Translations under genes and position numbers: made by a program
Source of the DNA: Chrysomallon squamiferum
Taxonomy: Eukaryota > Animalia > Mollusca
Length of the DNA stretch: 64,000 nt
Direction of reading: 5' to 3'
NCBI GenBank assembly: GCA_012295275.1
Contig: CM022676.1
Coordinates: 13,950,001 to 14,014,000, forward strand
In this document: positions 14,390 through 32,213 of the stretch, in pieces
Numbering within the stretch: position 1 is the stretch's first letter
How the letters are laid out: each line of letters opens with the position of its first letter
Notes under the pieces: generated by a model
The model's input: the letters and a program-made list of their open reading frames with translations, nothing else
Databases searched by the model: none
Told to the model about the DNA's origin: nothing

Positions 14390-16006
14390 TTGTTGTTGTT
14401 GTTTGTGGTGGCTTTTGGTGTGTGTGTAAGTGGTGTGTGTGTCTGATAAAAAGAAAACAAAAAGAAAAAGAAAAATTAAAAATTAACGTCTGATGAAATT
14501 TACGCAGTACTACCTATGTTACTTAGTGTGGAACGCTCGATTTCAGTCTAATACAAGAACGAAAATCCATATTAACTAGTGAATGCGGAAGTTATAGTTT
14601 GAGCGCTCTGGTTGTCAGGTTGCATTTAAATCGATATAATACTAATGATTAATACTAAAAAATGCTGACACCTGCAAAGTAAATAAATGTAATTTTCTCG
14701 TTACACATGTTTGTGTTTGTCTGTCGTTCATACTTGTTGGCTAATAATAGGGCCGAGGTTTCTAATTATTAATATTAATTCAAGCTATAGTAACATAGTA
14801 AGATTTAACTCAGCAAAACATGAACAAGAAGGCAGCGAAGCACCTCCAGGCCAACTGTAATAAGTATTCGCATTAATCGAAACTTTTCATGAAACTTGTT
14901 TTATTTCTTTTTTCAAAATTATGTAGTCAGTATATTTCAGAAACAAAATGTGTGTTTTAATTTGTTTTTATTATTATTATTATTACTGTTTTTGTTTGTT
15001 TTTGTCTATCAAATATTTTTATATTTATTTGACCTGATTTATGCATCAGCGTTGTGATGTGACCTGAAGATTAGTGCTTCTCATTTTCTATGTGTGTGCA
15101 CATGCATACATACAAAGGTATAAAGGTTATCAGTAATATATTTCTCTATGAAAGGAAATAAATAAACTGTCCACCACGTCAGTACTTATTTACAGAAGAA
15201 TTGTAATCTTCTTTAATTTCACTGTTTAATTATAGATCTTTGTTTGTTAGGTATCTTTCTTTAAATGTATATCTGTATGTGTGTGTATGTGCATCCATGT
15301 GTGTGTATGTCTATGTGTCTATGTATTTGTACAGATAAGCAAATACAATCAAACTCTGCAATGCAGAAAAAGACACGTGTGATACGTCTGCCATTTGAAG
15401 CAGACACACAATAATTGTCTTAGGTTTGTACTTGCTGTGGTTAGACTGGAAACAAATGTTTCTCTTATCTGACCATAGTGGAAATTTTCTCTGATGGGGC
15501 TAATCAACAAGTAAAAATAGTCGAAATTTTAAAACTGATCCGTTTCTGATTTCATAATATTCAAAAGTGAACAGTTCTTATTCAGTATTATATCAATATT
15601 ACTTAATTCGATGTTTATAGCAATAATTTTTTAAATCAAAACAATCGCTCGTCTTAGAACGGAAGAGAGAGTGATTGGCAAATCACGATGTTAATTTTTG
15701 TGTTCATTTCTGAACGTATTGATCTTACATACAGCAAAAGTAGGAGCACTGAAGAAAAACACTGTAACCAACAAGTTATTAAAAATCAAAACAACATATA
15801 GATATAATCATTTTAAACAGCGCCACTCCTTTCTAGTTGTACATAAAATCTACGGCGATTTGGCCCTGTAGAAAACGTAATTAATGGCACTTTCGCAAAG
15901 CACGTGCTACTTTCAAATGTCGAGCTGTTATGCAGCAAAGATGGCACACCCTGGTGTCGCATATTGTTTGAAACGTAATTGAATGAATTTCCGATTGATT
16001 ATCAGT

Positions 16007-16048
<42 letters not shown>

Positions 16049-17009
16049 GGTTTGAAGGGAAGCAGGCAAAATCTAATTTTTGGACGACACGCACAGTTAG
16101 AAAGATTGACTTTTCACCTTCCTAACTGTTCCACAAAACAACACTAAAGTGACTTTCGTGAGTTGTTAAAGTCAGGCGTCTGTAGAGCGACACAAATTTT
16201 AGACGTTTTACTCCACGGGCTTCATAGTTTACCTCACCACTTTTAACACTCTCGTACAAAGTACTGATTTTACACTCAACTAAAACATCACCATTTTAAA
16301 AAATGTTGTTGTAGTTATTATTTTTAAAATTTAAATAGCTCTCTCGCTATCGTTGGAAAATGCATATGAACATTAGACGATATGTTGAATAAGCGATAAT
16401 TCTTTATAAATGTGTAAAATATTCTAGAGCGATTATTTTTGATCGACTTCCCTTTTCATCGATATATCTGATAGTGTTTTATCTTCAGGCCTGTATTCAT
16501 TAGCTTTCCCATTAAGAAGCAACACCCTTCTTAAACAAATGATCATAGGAATTTCAAAACTTTAATTCAGTGAATTGTGTAATTAATACTTTTTTAAATT
16601 TTTTCTATCAACCATTTGTTTCTTTAATTAATAAAATAAGAAATACAAATTTATGAATTAAAAACCTAAAGGTGAACAGTTGTCTTATTTGTCACCTTGT
16701 TTGTAACTATTTGTCCAGTGAGGCATAGCCCGTGAGCAAAAAACAAAACAACAACAAACACAGTTTCTTACTAACGCGAAACTAAGAACATTAAATCATC
16801 CAGTCAGCTTCGATGTTATTTGTGATATCACCAATCGGTACAGTTTATGTCAGAAAATCGGGGAACAGTACTAAGAGAGGTTTGATGTTTATTACCATCC
16901 CATATGATATGTCACATTTCGTTGTAAAGATGCATAATAAATTAAAACATTAATAAAGATATAAAATCAAATAAAACAATAACGTATGATTTTAAAAGTG
17001 CAATGGAAG

Positions 17010-17217
17010 TTTAAACAAAACGTTTTACTAGGAATAAACAATGAAACGTGATACAATTTTTTTTATTGTGAATAGAGAGAGTATAATTGAGCAAAAACGT
17101 ATTATTAGAAATAAAAAATGTAACTAAACAAAAACGTATAATTAGAGATACACAGAATAACTTTAAACAAAATCGTATTATCAGAAAATATACTGGACAA
17201 CATAAAAATAAATTTAA

Positions 17218-17282
<65 letters not shown>

Positions 17283-17285
17283 CAA

Positions 17286-17322
<37 letters not shown>

Positions 17323-18040
17323 CAGGTAAAAGTTAAACAAAAATGTTTTTATTAGAAATAAACAAGAACGTATTATTCGAAAATATGCAGGAAACTTTAA
17401 TCAAGAACAGATAATTAGAAAATATACAGGATTTCTTTAAACAAGTATGTATTATAAGAAATATATAGGATGACTTTAAACAGAAACGTATTATTAGAAA
17501 TATAGAGTAAAACTTTAAACAAAATACATATTATTAGAAGTTATACAGGGTTATATTAAACAAAAGGTATTTATTAGAAATACAGAGTGAAGTTTTAAAC
17601 AAAAAATGTATTATTGGAAAATATCCTGGATACCTAAAAAAAAAAAATAATAAAATAAAATAAAATAAAATAAAATAAAATAAATAAATAAATAAATGAA
17701 TTGTTTGAAAATATGCAGGGTAACGTTAAACAAAAAAGATTTATTAGAAATATACAGTGAAACTCTCAGCAAAAAGAATTATTCAAAAATATACAGGCAA
17801 CTTTAAACAAAAACCGTATATTTAGGAAATATATAGGGTAACTTTAAACAGATCAGCATTATTAGAAATATACAGTAAAACTTTAAAGAAAAACGTGTTA
17901 TTAGGAATAAACTCTGGATAACGTTAAACAAAATACATATTATTGGAAAATATACAAGGTAATATTAAACAAAAGGTATTTATTAGAAATATGGAGTGAA
18001 GTTTTAAATAAAAGTTATTATGGGAAACGATACTGGATAC

Positions 18041-18085
<45 letters not shown>

Positions 18086-19998
18086 ACGAATTGTTTGAAA
18101 ATATGCAGGATAACGTTAAACAAAAAATAGTTATTAGAAATATGTAGTGCAGCTTTAAGCAAAAATGTATTATTAGAAAATGTAGGATCACTTTAAACAA
18201 CAACGTATTATCAGAAAATTTGAACGATATCTTTAGACAAAAACATATTATTAGAGAATATATAGGTTAACTTTAAGCAAAGATGTATTATAAGAAAATA
18301 TACAGCATAACTTTAAAGGAAAACATACCATTAGAAATATACAGAGAAACTTAAACAAAAATGTATTATTATAAAGTATACAGGGTAACTTTAAACAAAA
18401 CACGAGTTGTTAGAAAATATACAGGGTAATATTGAACAAAAACGATTTACTAGAAATACACAATGACATTTTAAACAAAATGGTATTATTAGAAAATATA
18501 CATGATAATTTTAAACAAACTTGTATTATTACAGAATGTTCAGGGTAACTTTAAACAAAAACGTATTATTAGAAAATATACAGGGTAACTTTAAACAATA
18601 AGTATTATTAGAAATATACAGTAAAACTTTAAACAAAGAAGTATTATTAGGAATATATACAGAGTATCGTTTAACAAAACATGTATTATTAGAAAATACA
18701 CAGGGTAACGTTCGACGAAAAATATTTATTAGAAAATGAAGGATAACTTTAAACAAAAACGATTTACTAGAAATATACACTTACACTTTAAACAAAAAAA
18801 GTATTATTAGAAAATATACAGGATAACTTTCATCAAAAATGTATTATTAGAGAATTCACAGGGTAACTTTAATTAAAAACGTATTATTAGATATATATAC
18901 AGGGTAACTGTAAACAAGAACTTATTATTCGAAAATATATGTCATAAATTTAAACAAATCATGAGTTGTTAGAAAATATACGGATTAATGTTAAACAAGA
19001 ACGATTTACTAGAAATATACAGCGATACTTTAAATAAAAACGGATTATTAGAAAATATACAGGATATCTTTAAACAAAAATGTATTATTAGAAAATATAC
19101 ATTGTAACTTTAAAGAAAAACTTATTATTACAGTTATACAGTAAAATTTTATACAAAAACGGAAATATACAAGTTAACGTTAAACACAAACGTTTTATTA
19201 GAAATGTACAGTGAAACTTTAAACAAATATACATTATAAGAAAATCTACAGGGCAACTTTAAACAATACACCTATAATTAGAAAATATAGAGGACAAATT
19301 TAAAAAAATCAAATATAATTATAAAATATAGTTGATAACTTTAAACAGACTTGTTTTATTACAGAACATTCAGGGTAACTTTAAACAACCAACGTATTAT
19401 TAGAAAATCTACACGATATCTTTAGACAAAAACATATTATTAGAGAATATATAGGTTAACTTTAAACAAAAGCGTATTGTTACAAATATACAGTGAAACG
19501 TGAACAAAAATATATTATTAGAAAATGCACAGGATAATTTTAAACAAAATACGAGTTGTTATAAAATGTACAGGATAATAATAAACAGAAACGATTTACT
19601 AGAAATATACACTGACACTTTAAACGAACACGTATTATTAGAAAATATTTAGGATAACTGTAAACAAAAACGTATTAATAGAAAATATACAGGATAACTT
19701 TAAGCAAAAGCATATTATTAGAAATATACAGTGAAACTTCAACAAAAATGTATTATTAGAAAATATATAGGATAACTTCAACAAAAATGTATTATTAGAG
19801 AATACACAGGGTAACTTCACACAAAAGTGTATTATTACACTATAGAGTGAAACTTTAAACAAAAACATATTATTAGGAATATATACAGGATAGCTTTAAA
19901 CAACAAAGTGTTATTCGAAAATATACGTAATAACTTTAAACAAAGCACGAGTTGTTAGAAAATATACAGGGTAATATTAAACAAAGCACGAGTTGTTT
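17010..19998. repeat. ~39-40 bp AT-rich satellite array (~3 kb)
   Basis: Consensus GTATTATTAGAAAATATACAGGGTAACTTTAAACAAAAAC repeated in diverged tandem copies, interrupted by poly-A/(TAA)n. Confidence 0.92.
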
Positions 19999-20414
19999 CA
20001 TATATATATATATTTTTTTTTTATTTCTAATCCTATGGAATAGGGACTGAACCATCATTGAACGTAAAAGTTACTAGATCTAGGTCGAAGGCAACAGCAA
20101 AAGAAATGAATTATGAAAATAAAAATAAAATAAGGAAGTAACGAAAAATATAAAGAAATAAAGAAAAAAATTATAACTGGGAAATAAGTAAATAAATCAA
20201 CAAATAAATAAAATTATTTAGATAGAACGGAAATATGTAAGATTTGGAAATATGCGAATCAGCCAAAAATGAAGGTAATAATTTAATAACAAATAAAAAA
20301 TATTTCGATATTAATATCATACCATTTGACGTTGTTTTAAATATGTAAATTTGGACAAAGACATCTATACGTTTTTTTAATTAAAAACAGAGATACACAA
20401 ATACATTGTTATCA

Positions 20415-22590
20415 CCTGCTTGACATTTCAGCCATCCTTCCGTACTGAAATTAATGGTAATTTTGTCTGTGGAGACGTAACGAAGAGATATTTCACTTGA
20501 AGGAAGGAAAGGAGCCCGCGATTGAACTATTTCTTGACGTTCTGGAGTAAAGGCATTTCCATCCATAGCGAACTATTCAATTACTTCAGTAACATCATTT
20601 GTGTTGTCTGTGATTTTCTCGGAATCGTTGGATGTCGTCTGAAGCTGATTTTAGATCGATTATCAGTTTCAGTCTTTTCGTTTCAATCTCTGTATCGAAT
20701 TCCTCCTGCTTCGTAAATATGCTTCTGCGCTTCGATATCCATGTCTGGAAACGATCCACGTCTTTATCATGTTGACTGATCCCCATCTTACGAAAATATG
20801 TTTTAAACGTACGACAGTTATTTTTAAGAGCCATAAGCTTCTCACTTTGTCTTTCGTAATAGTCATTTTTTTCCTGCTTTATTAATTGAAGCTTGATATA
20901 ATCTACGTCCAGTAAAGTTTGTGTGATGACGTCTCTATATCTTCGACTGTGTCTAATTGCCACGTTGCAGCTTGGACAACGTTTTAACTGGATTCTCTTG
21001 GATTTCGTCTCCATCAGCTTGTCGAGAGTTATGACATCAAAGATATGTCCGCAGTCTTCGAGCTGCACAAACAGAGAGTAATTTCTTTTATCAGCCTGCA
21101 AAGCTTTCACTTCATCTCTGTTACAAACTCGACAAAGATCAGGACACTTTTCTCCTACCAGACCAATACATCTGTGCTGACGCGACAGCTTCTTCATACA
21201 CCGCTTGTTGGAGCGTGGCATATTCACAACATCACAACATCGTCTACGAATGTTCCTTCCCTTGTACCTAATGACGCAGTTTTCACGGCACAGTGTACAG
21301 CGGTCACCACGTGACCTTTCACAGGACAGATGGACACAGCTGTTCTCACACGGCAGAGGACAAAGTGGACACGTAGAACAATCACTGACACATTTGTGTC
21401 CACACAGCAGACGTTTCCTGCATTTCGCCTTGCAAGCAACGTGAAGTCGCCATTGAACACATTCGTGACAACTACCACGACAAATATGACCACATTTCAA
21501 AACGGTGCTGCATTTTATATTACAAATGGCATTGTCTCGTTCATGACAAACCACTTCAATTTCATGACCACATTTCAAAATGGTCAGGCATTTCACATTA
21601 CAAATGGCGGTGTCTTGTTCGTGAGAAACCACATCAATTTCGTGTCCGCGGTACAAACCAACATGCTTTACTAGCTGCATGCACTTGATTGTACTTGATA
21701 GGCAGAGCAAGGAATTTCTTGTTTCTGTCCACAAGCTGGTATCACCTTGGTAACGGGAGCGACACACTCTCTGCAATCTTCAGAACAGAGAAGCGGACAT
21801 TTATGTTGAAATTCACACAAAATTCTTTCACACGGTTTCTGACATTTATATTTGAGATGACGTGGATCACCTGGATGACACGGCAGTTCACACACGTGAC
21901 CACAGTTCAGTCTGTACGTGCACTGCTTTCTGCAGCCTCCTTCAGGAACCAAACTGAAATCTTCTGCTTTCGCAGCTTTTATTCCTTCATCTTTGACGTG
22001 ATTTCGACAATAAAGACCAAGAGCATTTCCCAGCTCGTCGGTCGATTTCAAATCGTCAATAATAGTTTTCCATAATTTACTCTGTTGACCGAGCAGGGTA
22101 AAGTTTCCTATCACGTAAAGTCCCATTCTAGCTCTGGAAAGAGCTGCACACACTCGGTTGTCTGTTTTCAGAAAGCCAATACTCCCCTCCAGATTGCTGC
22201 GTACCAAAGAGAGCAGTATGATGTCATTCTCCTCTCCTTGGTAATTGTGAACATCTGTGACAGTGACACCTACAAATGTTTCGTCTTTCATATTCTTCTT
22301 CAGATAGATGACCTGAGCTGAATACGTAGTTAAAACTGTGATTTCCTTTGGAGGATAACCTTGTTTCAAGAGGTAGTCACAGAGCGATATAATATATTCC
22401 GCTTCAAACTCGTCATTTCTTTCTTCATTTTCACAATGGTTTATGAAAAATACATTGCTACACACACCCAGGACATCCGGGTATTTCTCAACAGAAGGTC
22501 GATCTCCGAGATGAGGATAGATGTGTTTCATGATTCTGGAAATACAGGGCCACATTCTGTCCTGTTTTTCAAGACACACAAAAGTGAGAA
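20415..22590 (-). pseudogene. ZNFX1: 5'-truncated, frameshifted ZNFX1-like (NFX1-type zinc finger SF1 helicase) fragment
   Basis: UPF1-like helicase C-terminal motifs (QDRMWP for QHRMxP, TTYSAQ, VHNYQGEENDIILLSLVRSN, GFLKTDNRVCAALSRAR), YCRNH, PEGGC, NFX1-type CGH zinc-finger repeats, FVQLEDCGHIF...LKRCPSC...RRY, and start of a terminal GWLKCQAG finger. Frameshifts near 21700 and 20600 plus an in-frame TAG near 20575. Confidence 0.92.
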
Positions 22591-23050
22591 ACGAAAACAT
22601 TTCTGATTACAACGCAGCTACAGCAAATGTTAAACTTGACTTACCATGAGAGTAGAAATAAATTACCTAAAACTCAATTAATTTTCTTATTTCAGTCGTT
22701 TTTACAAGTCTTACATTCGTTCTCTTACTTTCTTTTGTTTTCATTTCTGTCTCTAGTTCAATCTTTTTCTCTCTTTCTGACTGTCTCTATCCTTCGGTTG
22801 TTGTGTATGTTTCTCTGTATCAACTTGTTTTCGTTTTCACATTATGACCGATCATCTAATTCTCTGTCTGAAACACATAAACTCACATACCGACACTCAG
22901 ACTACACATCTACGCATACACAAACACATAAGCTAAATCAAACCCATTTATTTATTTATTTATTTACTTATTTATTGTTATTTTTATTGTTTATGCTTTT
23001 AAACCTTCAGCCAGTACCCGCATTTTGTAAGATAAACAAAGTTGTATTTA

Positions 23051-23093
<43 letters not shown>

Positions 23094-23134
23094 CACATAT
23101 AAGTATCTATATTTTTTTTAAATTTATATTTCAG

Positions 23135-27207
<4,073 letters not shown>

Positions 27208-27887
27208 GTAAAGTGACAATTTTATATTAATAACTATTTGGTCATCCTAGCGACATTAGCAAATTTAGAAATAGCTTTATCATTACAGCAACGTTAGTAG
27301 TAGTTGTAGTAATAATATAAGTTATAGTTGTGTAGTAGTAGTAGGAGCACCAATAGAATAGGTAGAAATGTTGATGGTAACAGTGGAAGTTCTACCAGCA
27401 ATAATAATGATAACATTCACAGCCGCAGCATAATTGTCTTGGTGACAGAGGCAGTTTTGGTTGCTGTGGAAATTATAGAACTAATATGGTAACAGTTGTA
27501 GTTGTACTTTTTGTAATTCTACAAATGATTGTTGTAGTGGTAGTTGTACTTTTTGTAGTTCTCCAAGTGATTGTTGTAGTGGTAGTCGTAGGAGTAATTT
27601 GTTTTATGCACGTTCGTGGAATGCTCACCGTCTTCCATCTGACCTAATATCTTTAATATTTCCACAAAATACTGTATTTATTTATTTATTTGTTTATTTA
27701 TTTGTTTATTTATTTGATTTCATTTGGTTTGATTGTTTGTTTATTTCAGGTTAAAATCAATATGAAAAGAAAAGTACATGAATCTAATATTATTATATGT
27801 TAACATTTCTGTTTCAAGAAGGATCTTCACGTGGACATTCTCTGACATTTTTTATCTTTATTTCCATGGAATCAACGTGAACTTCAA

Positions 27888-27937
<50 letters not shown>

Positions 27938-28404
27938 GAATAATAATAATAATAAATAATAAATAAATAAATAAAAAAACAACAAAGGAAACAACATAGA
28001 GGTATGTTTGCTCGTGGGATCTTAGCACTTAGATGTGTGTTACAGGCGAGACGTAGGAATTACTTTCTGTTTCTCAAGGGTGACGCGGTTCAGAGAAATT
28101 AGTCTGGCACAGGTTTAAATAGAGATAAAAACAAATAGTTTAACTTTATTTATTTATTTGTTGTGATGAATTGTTATAGCTGTATATTTTACGAAGAGTT
28201 AATGAAATCATTCTAGTTTGGTGTTTTAACATAATTTAACACTAGATATGTTAAAAAGTTAACTGGCATGTATAACACACCACTCTCAGTGTGTTCAGAT
28301 TTTTCCCTTTTTTTTTTTCTGACAATGAATTCAAGAACTATAAACAATGTATTTCTTAGATGTGGATTTTAGTTTTCTAAAATATATTTTCTGTAAAAAG
28401 AATT

Positions 28405-28508
28405 GATTTCACATGATCTCTATCAGTAAGGACAACTGGATTTCACATGATCTCTATCAGTAAGGACACACTGGGTATTCGGAGACACTTCATCGGGGAG
28501 CCCCACCT
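28405..28508 (+). other. Orphan 48-nt exon candidate with a 34-bp tandem duplication of its acceptor
   Basis: GATTTCACATGATCTCTATCAGTAAGGACA at 28405 and 28439; cag|28461-28508|gtaagt is open in phase 1 (RTHWVFGDTSSGSPT). Confidence 0.35.
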
Positions 28509-28721
28509 GTAAGTAAATTATATTAAGTTTATTATTTATTAAACATAAACTTAGCAACTGTTTGTTTGTTTAATTATGTATGACATGTAAATAAACGAAA
28601 ATCAGATAAATAGATCAATTTGTATATTTGTATCATTAATATCTACTTGTTTTATTTTTGGATTTAATTTGTGTTTAAAATGTAAACAGATGAATTATAT
28701 ACAAATAATTTTTCAAGTATA

Positions 28722-28784
<63 letters not shown>

Positions 28785-28994
28785 TTAATATATATAATAA
28801 TACGCACATCTCTAAAATAATAACTGATGTTTTGAGACAGGATCCCAGGCTCGCTCATACATGTGTACTTTATCTGTGTAGTCTGTTCACAGTATGTGTG
28901 TGTTTATATATTGTGTGTGTGTGTGTTGTCATTATCATGACTAGGGGATTATAAGACTATGACAATGAGTGACAAATTTTAAATTGTGACAGTA

Positions 28995-29027
<33 letters not shown>

Positions 29028-29190
29028 AGATAAATAACATCAACAAGAGAACAGTTTGAGTTCATTATTTATATGTAGAATACGTCTCGTAATAATATGA
29101 AAAAATAGAAGCGGAACTAAATTATTTACGTTTTTGTGGAAACGTCAGTTAAAACAATTAAAGTCGGGAGAATCATGTTATTACGTTAAT

Positions 29191-29283
<93 letters not shown>

Positions 29284-29593
29284 TGTGTTGTTTACTGATT
29301 GTGTGTGTTGTGTGTAAAATAACAAAAATAAAAATATCTTAACAGATGCCGTCCAATTTATGTCCATGTGTGTGTATAGGCAACATCCCTCTTGTGTGCT
29401 TGAATCAGAGTGTGAATTTGTGTGTGTGTGTGTTTGATACACCGCCTTACTCTCGCACTGCCTATTGACGGTCTCAAAAAGAAGAAAAATCGTCTCAATC
29501 TTAACAGATGCCGTCCAATTTATGTCCATCAAACGGAACCTGAACCCTCGTACAGGCAGCATCCTCTTGTCGCCTCCCGAATCAGAGCATGAA

Positions 29594-29794
29594 CCTCGTC
29601 TCAACCCTCGCCTCAACCCTCGTCTCAACCCTGTCCTCAACCTCGTCTCAAACCCTCGTCTCAACCTCGTCTCAACCCTCGTCTCAATCCTCCTCGTCTC
29701 AACCCCTCGTCTCAACCCTCGCCTCAACCTCGTCTCAACCCTCTTCGCAACTCTCGTCTCAACCCTCTTCGCAACTCTTGTCTCAAAGACGAGG
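29594..29794. repeat. 12-13 bp GC-richer minisatellite (CCTCGTCTCAAC)n
   Basis: About 15 tandem copies, ending with an inverted unit AGACGAGG. Confidence 0.9.
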
Positions 29795-30594
29795 AATCAA
29801 AGACAAAAACAAAGACACGCGTGTTGACAAATCTCAAAGCTGTCTTAGTTTATCAGTCAAAACTGGCTGTATCCTAGCCGGTAAATTACGAAATTTAAAA
29901 AAAAAAAAAATAATAATAAAACAAATACAAAAATGCCTTTAAAGGTTCGACATGGCATTTTTTCCAGTGAAAGGGCATTAATGATGGTCACACTGAACTT
30001 TAATTATCTGCATATATCGAAATTTAAATACAGTTTATTTACTGATTACACTCTTTAATACATATTTATTTACTATCTGTCGTTGTTTTATCTTTTGTTT
30101 ATCCCGTAAAAGTGCATAATCTTTGGCTTTCTCTCGGTCTCTTTGCTTTTACTGTACACACTTTTGTTCTCTAAATATACTTTCCCGAAAACAACTGGTA
30201 ATGTCGACTAACAATGGACAGCCTTTCTCTCAGATACATGAAAAGGAAAAGTTAGGCTAAATAAAAGTCATTATAAGAGGCTGATGTTCATGCACTGATT
30301 GTATTCTCTCACTTTCTAAACGTCAAAAATTTTATTACATTCACACGAAATATCTATTCTCAGCACGACACTAAAAAATATCCCTACTATTTACAAAGCA
30401 TCTCACATTGATTATACTAGTAAAGAGAATACTGTCCTCCATTATCAGTAAAACTAGACCCACAGTTGGTAGAAACAACCTTTATCACTGACTTTCTTCT
30501 GAATTTATTATTGATATATCTTAATAACCTCTTTTTAAACGTTTATAATCTAATATTCATTGTTTTTTATGTTTATTCATTTGAGTATTTTTTT

Positions 30595-32110
30595 ACTATT
30601 ATACTACTATTATTATTCCCTTCTATTTCCAGCACTACTATTATTATTATTACTAGCCCTACTATTTCCGAAGCACTACTACTATTATTATTTTTATTTC
30701 CTATATCCAGCACTACTATTACTATTTCCAGTACTATTTCCATTATTACTATTTCCCAGTACTACTATTAGTATCCCTACTATTACTACTATTACTATTT
30801 TCCAGTTCTAGCCCTACTATTTCCGAAGCAGTACTATTATTATTATCCCTTCTATTTCCAGCACTACTATTATTATTATTATCCCCTATTTCCAGCACTA
30901 CTATTACTATTTCCAGTACTACTATTATTATCCCTACTATTTCCAGTACTACTATTATTTAGCCCTATTTAGCACCACTATTATTATTACTATTTCTATT
31001 ACTATCCCTACTTTTTCCTACACTACTACTATTATTATTAGACCTACTCCTACTATTATTACGTTTATCTAACTTATCTTGATGTTCCCCTTAATTTACC
31101 TGAATTACCTGATGACCGACATCACCTGGAACGAGAAAGGAAAGGTAAATTATCCGAGCGGAGCAAGGATTTGAACTCCAAGCAGCGAGCGTAGCTAGCG
31201 TGAACGCTAACCACGACACCATCCGATCTCGGACGACCAACATATGAAAAGAACTTCTAGTCAATCCTGCGATCGATGATGTGCAATCGATTTGGAGTTA
31301 TCTCCCAACATGGCGATTATTTGTAGAAGCCGCCATTTTGGAATTTGCATAATATCCTGCAATACTATAAGAATTATATAACTTCAGGGAATAATGACAT
31401 CATGTTTATTTGTAGAAACTATGTAATGAAATTTTTAATTTTATATAAATGTTTATTTTATTAAATATTTTATAATATATGCTAAATATTAACGAATATT
31501 TGGATTTATATTTAAAATAGTGAGATAAAATAAAATGAAAATGACGGCTTCTGCAGATAATCGCCATGTTGGGAGATAACCCAAAATCGATTGCACAACA
31601 TCGATCGCAGGATTGACTAGAAGTTATTTTCGTATGTTGCTTGTCCGAGATCGGATGGTGTCGTGGTTAGAGTTCACGCTCGCTACGCTAGCTGCTTGGA
31701 GTTCAAATCCTCGGATAATTTACCTTTCCTTTCTCGTTCCAGGTGATGTCGGTAAATAAGGTAATTAAGGTAAATTAAGGGGAACATCAAGATAAATTAG
31801 ATAAACGTAATAATAGTAGTACTGGAAATACATTTCATTTCTCATTCCAGGTGATGTCGGTAATTAAGTTAAGTTCAGGTGGACATCAAGGTAAACATCA
31901 ACAGTAGTAGAACTAGTAATAATAGTAGTACTGGAAATAGTAGGGCTAGTAATAACAGAAGTACTGAATATATTACGAATAGTAATAATAGTTGTGGATA
32001 TAGTAGGGCTAGCAGTAGTAATGGAAACAGTAGGGCTAGTAATAATAGTTGTGGAAATAGAAGGGCTGTTAATAATAGTAGTACTGGAAATGGTAGGGCT
32101 AGTTTGTACT
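30595..32110. mobile_element. Non-coding foldback/MITE-like element with long inverted arms
   Basis: 31051-31339 is the reverse complement of 31538-31818 around a ~200-bp AT-rich spacer. The outer ACT-rich minisatellite (CTACTATTTCCAGCA...) at 30595-31050 is mirrored by its complement at 31905-32110. Confidence 0.8.
31156..31228 (-). other. tRNA-like (pseudo-tRNA / SINE-head-like) sequence in the left arm of the foldback element; mirrored copy at 31649-31712 (+)
   Basis: 73 nt: GATCGGA TGGTGTCGTGG (A box-like) ... GTTCAAATCC (B box) ... TCCGCTC (acceptor-stem partner). Stems are imperfect, so it is not called a functional tRNA. Confidence 0.55.
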
Positions 32111-32111
32111 G

Positions 32112-32146
32112 GATGATATGAAAATAAATTTATATATAAAATTAAG

Positions 32147-32213
<67 letters not shown>

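Noticed and set aside
14813-15423. Further plus-strand tail exons (KHEQEGSEAPPGQL*, KQIQSNSAMQKRHV*)
   Set aside because: Acceptors are plausible, but the frames stop quickly and have no diagnostic motif.
21045-22606. Plus-strand ORFs overlapping ZNFX1
   Set aside because: Antisense shadows of a coding region.
29173-29942. ORFs with RRGL/NPRL/SQP repeats
   Set aside because: By-products of the 12-13 bp minisatellite, open in several frames on both strands.
31156-31228. Functional tRNA-Ala gene
   Set aside because: D, anticodon and T stems pair poorly and the sequence lies within a repeat arm; kept only as tRNA-like.
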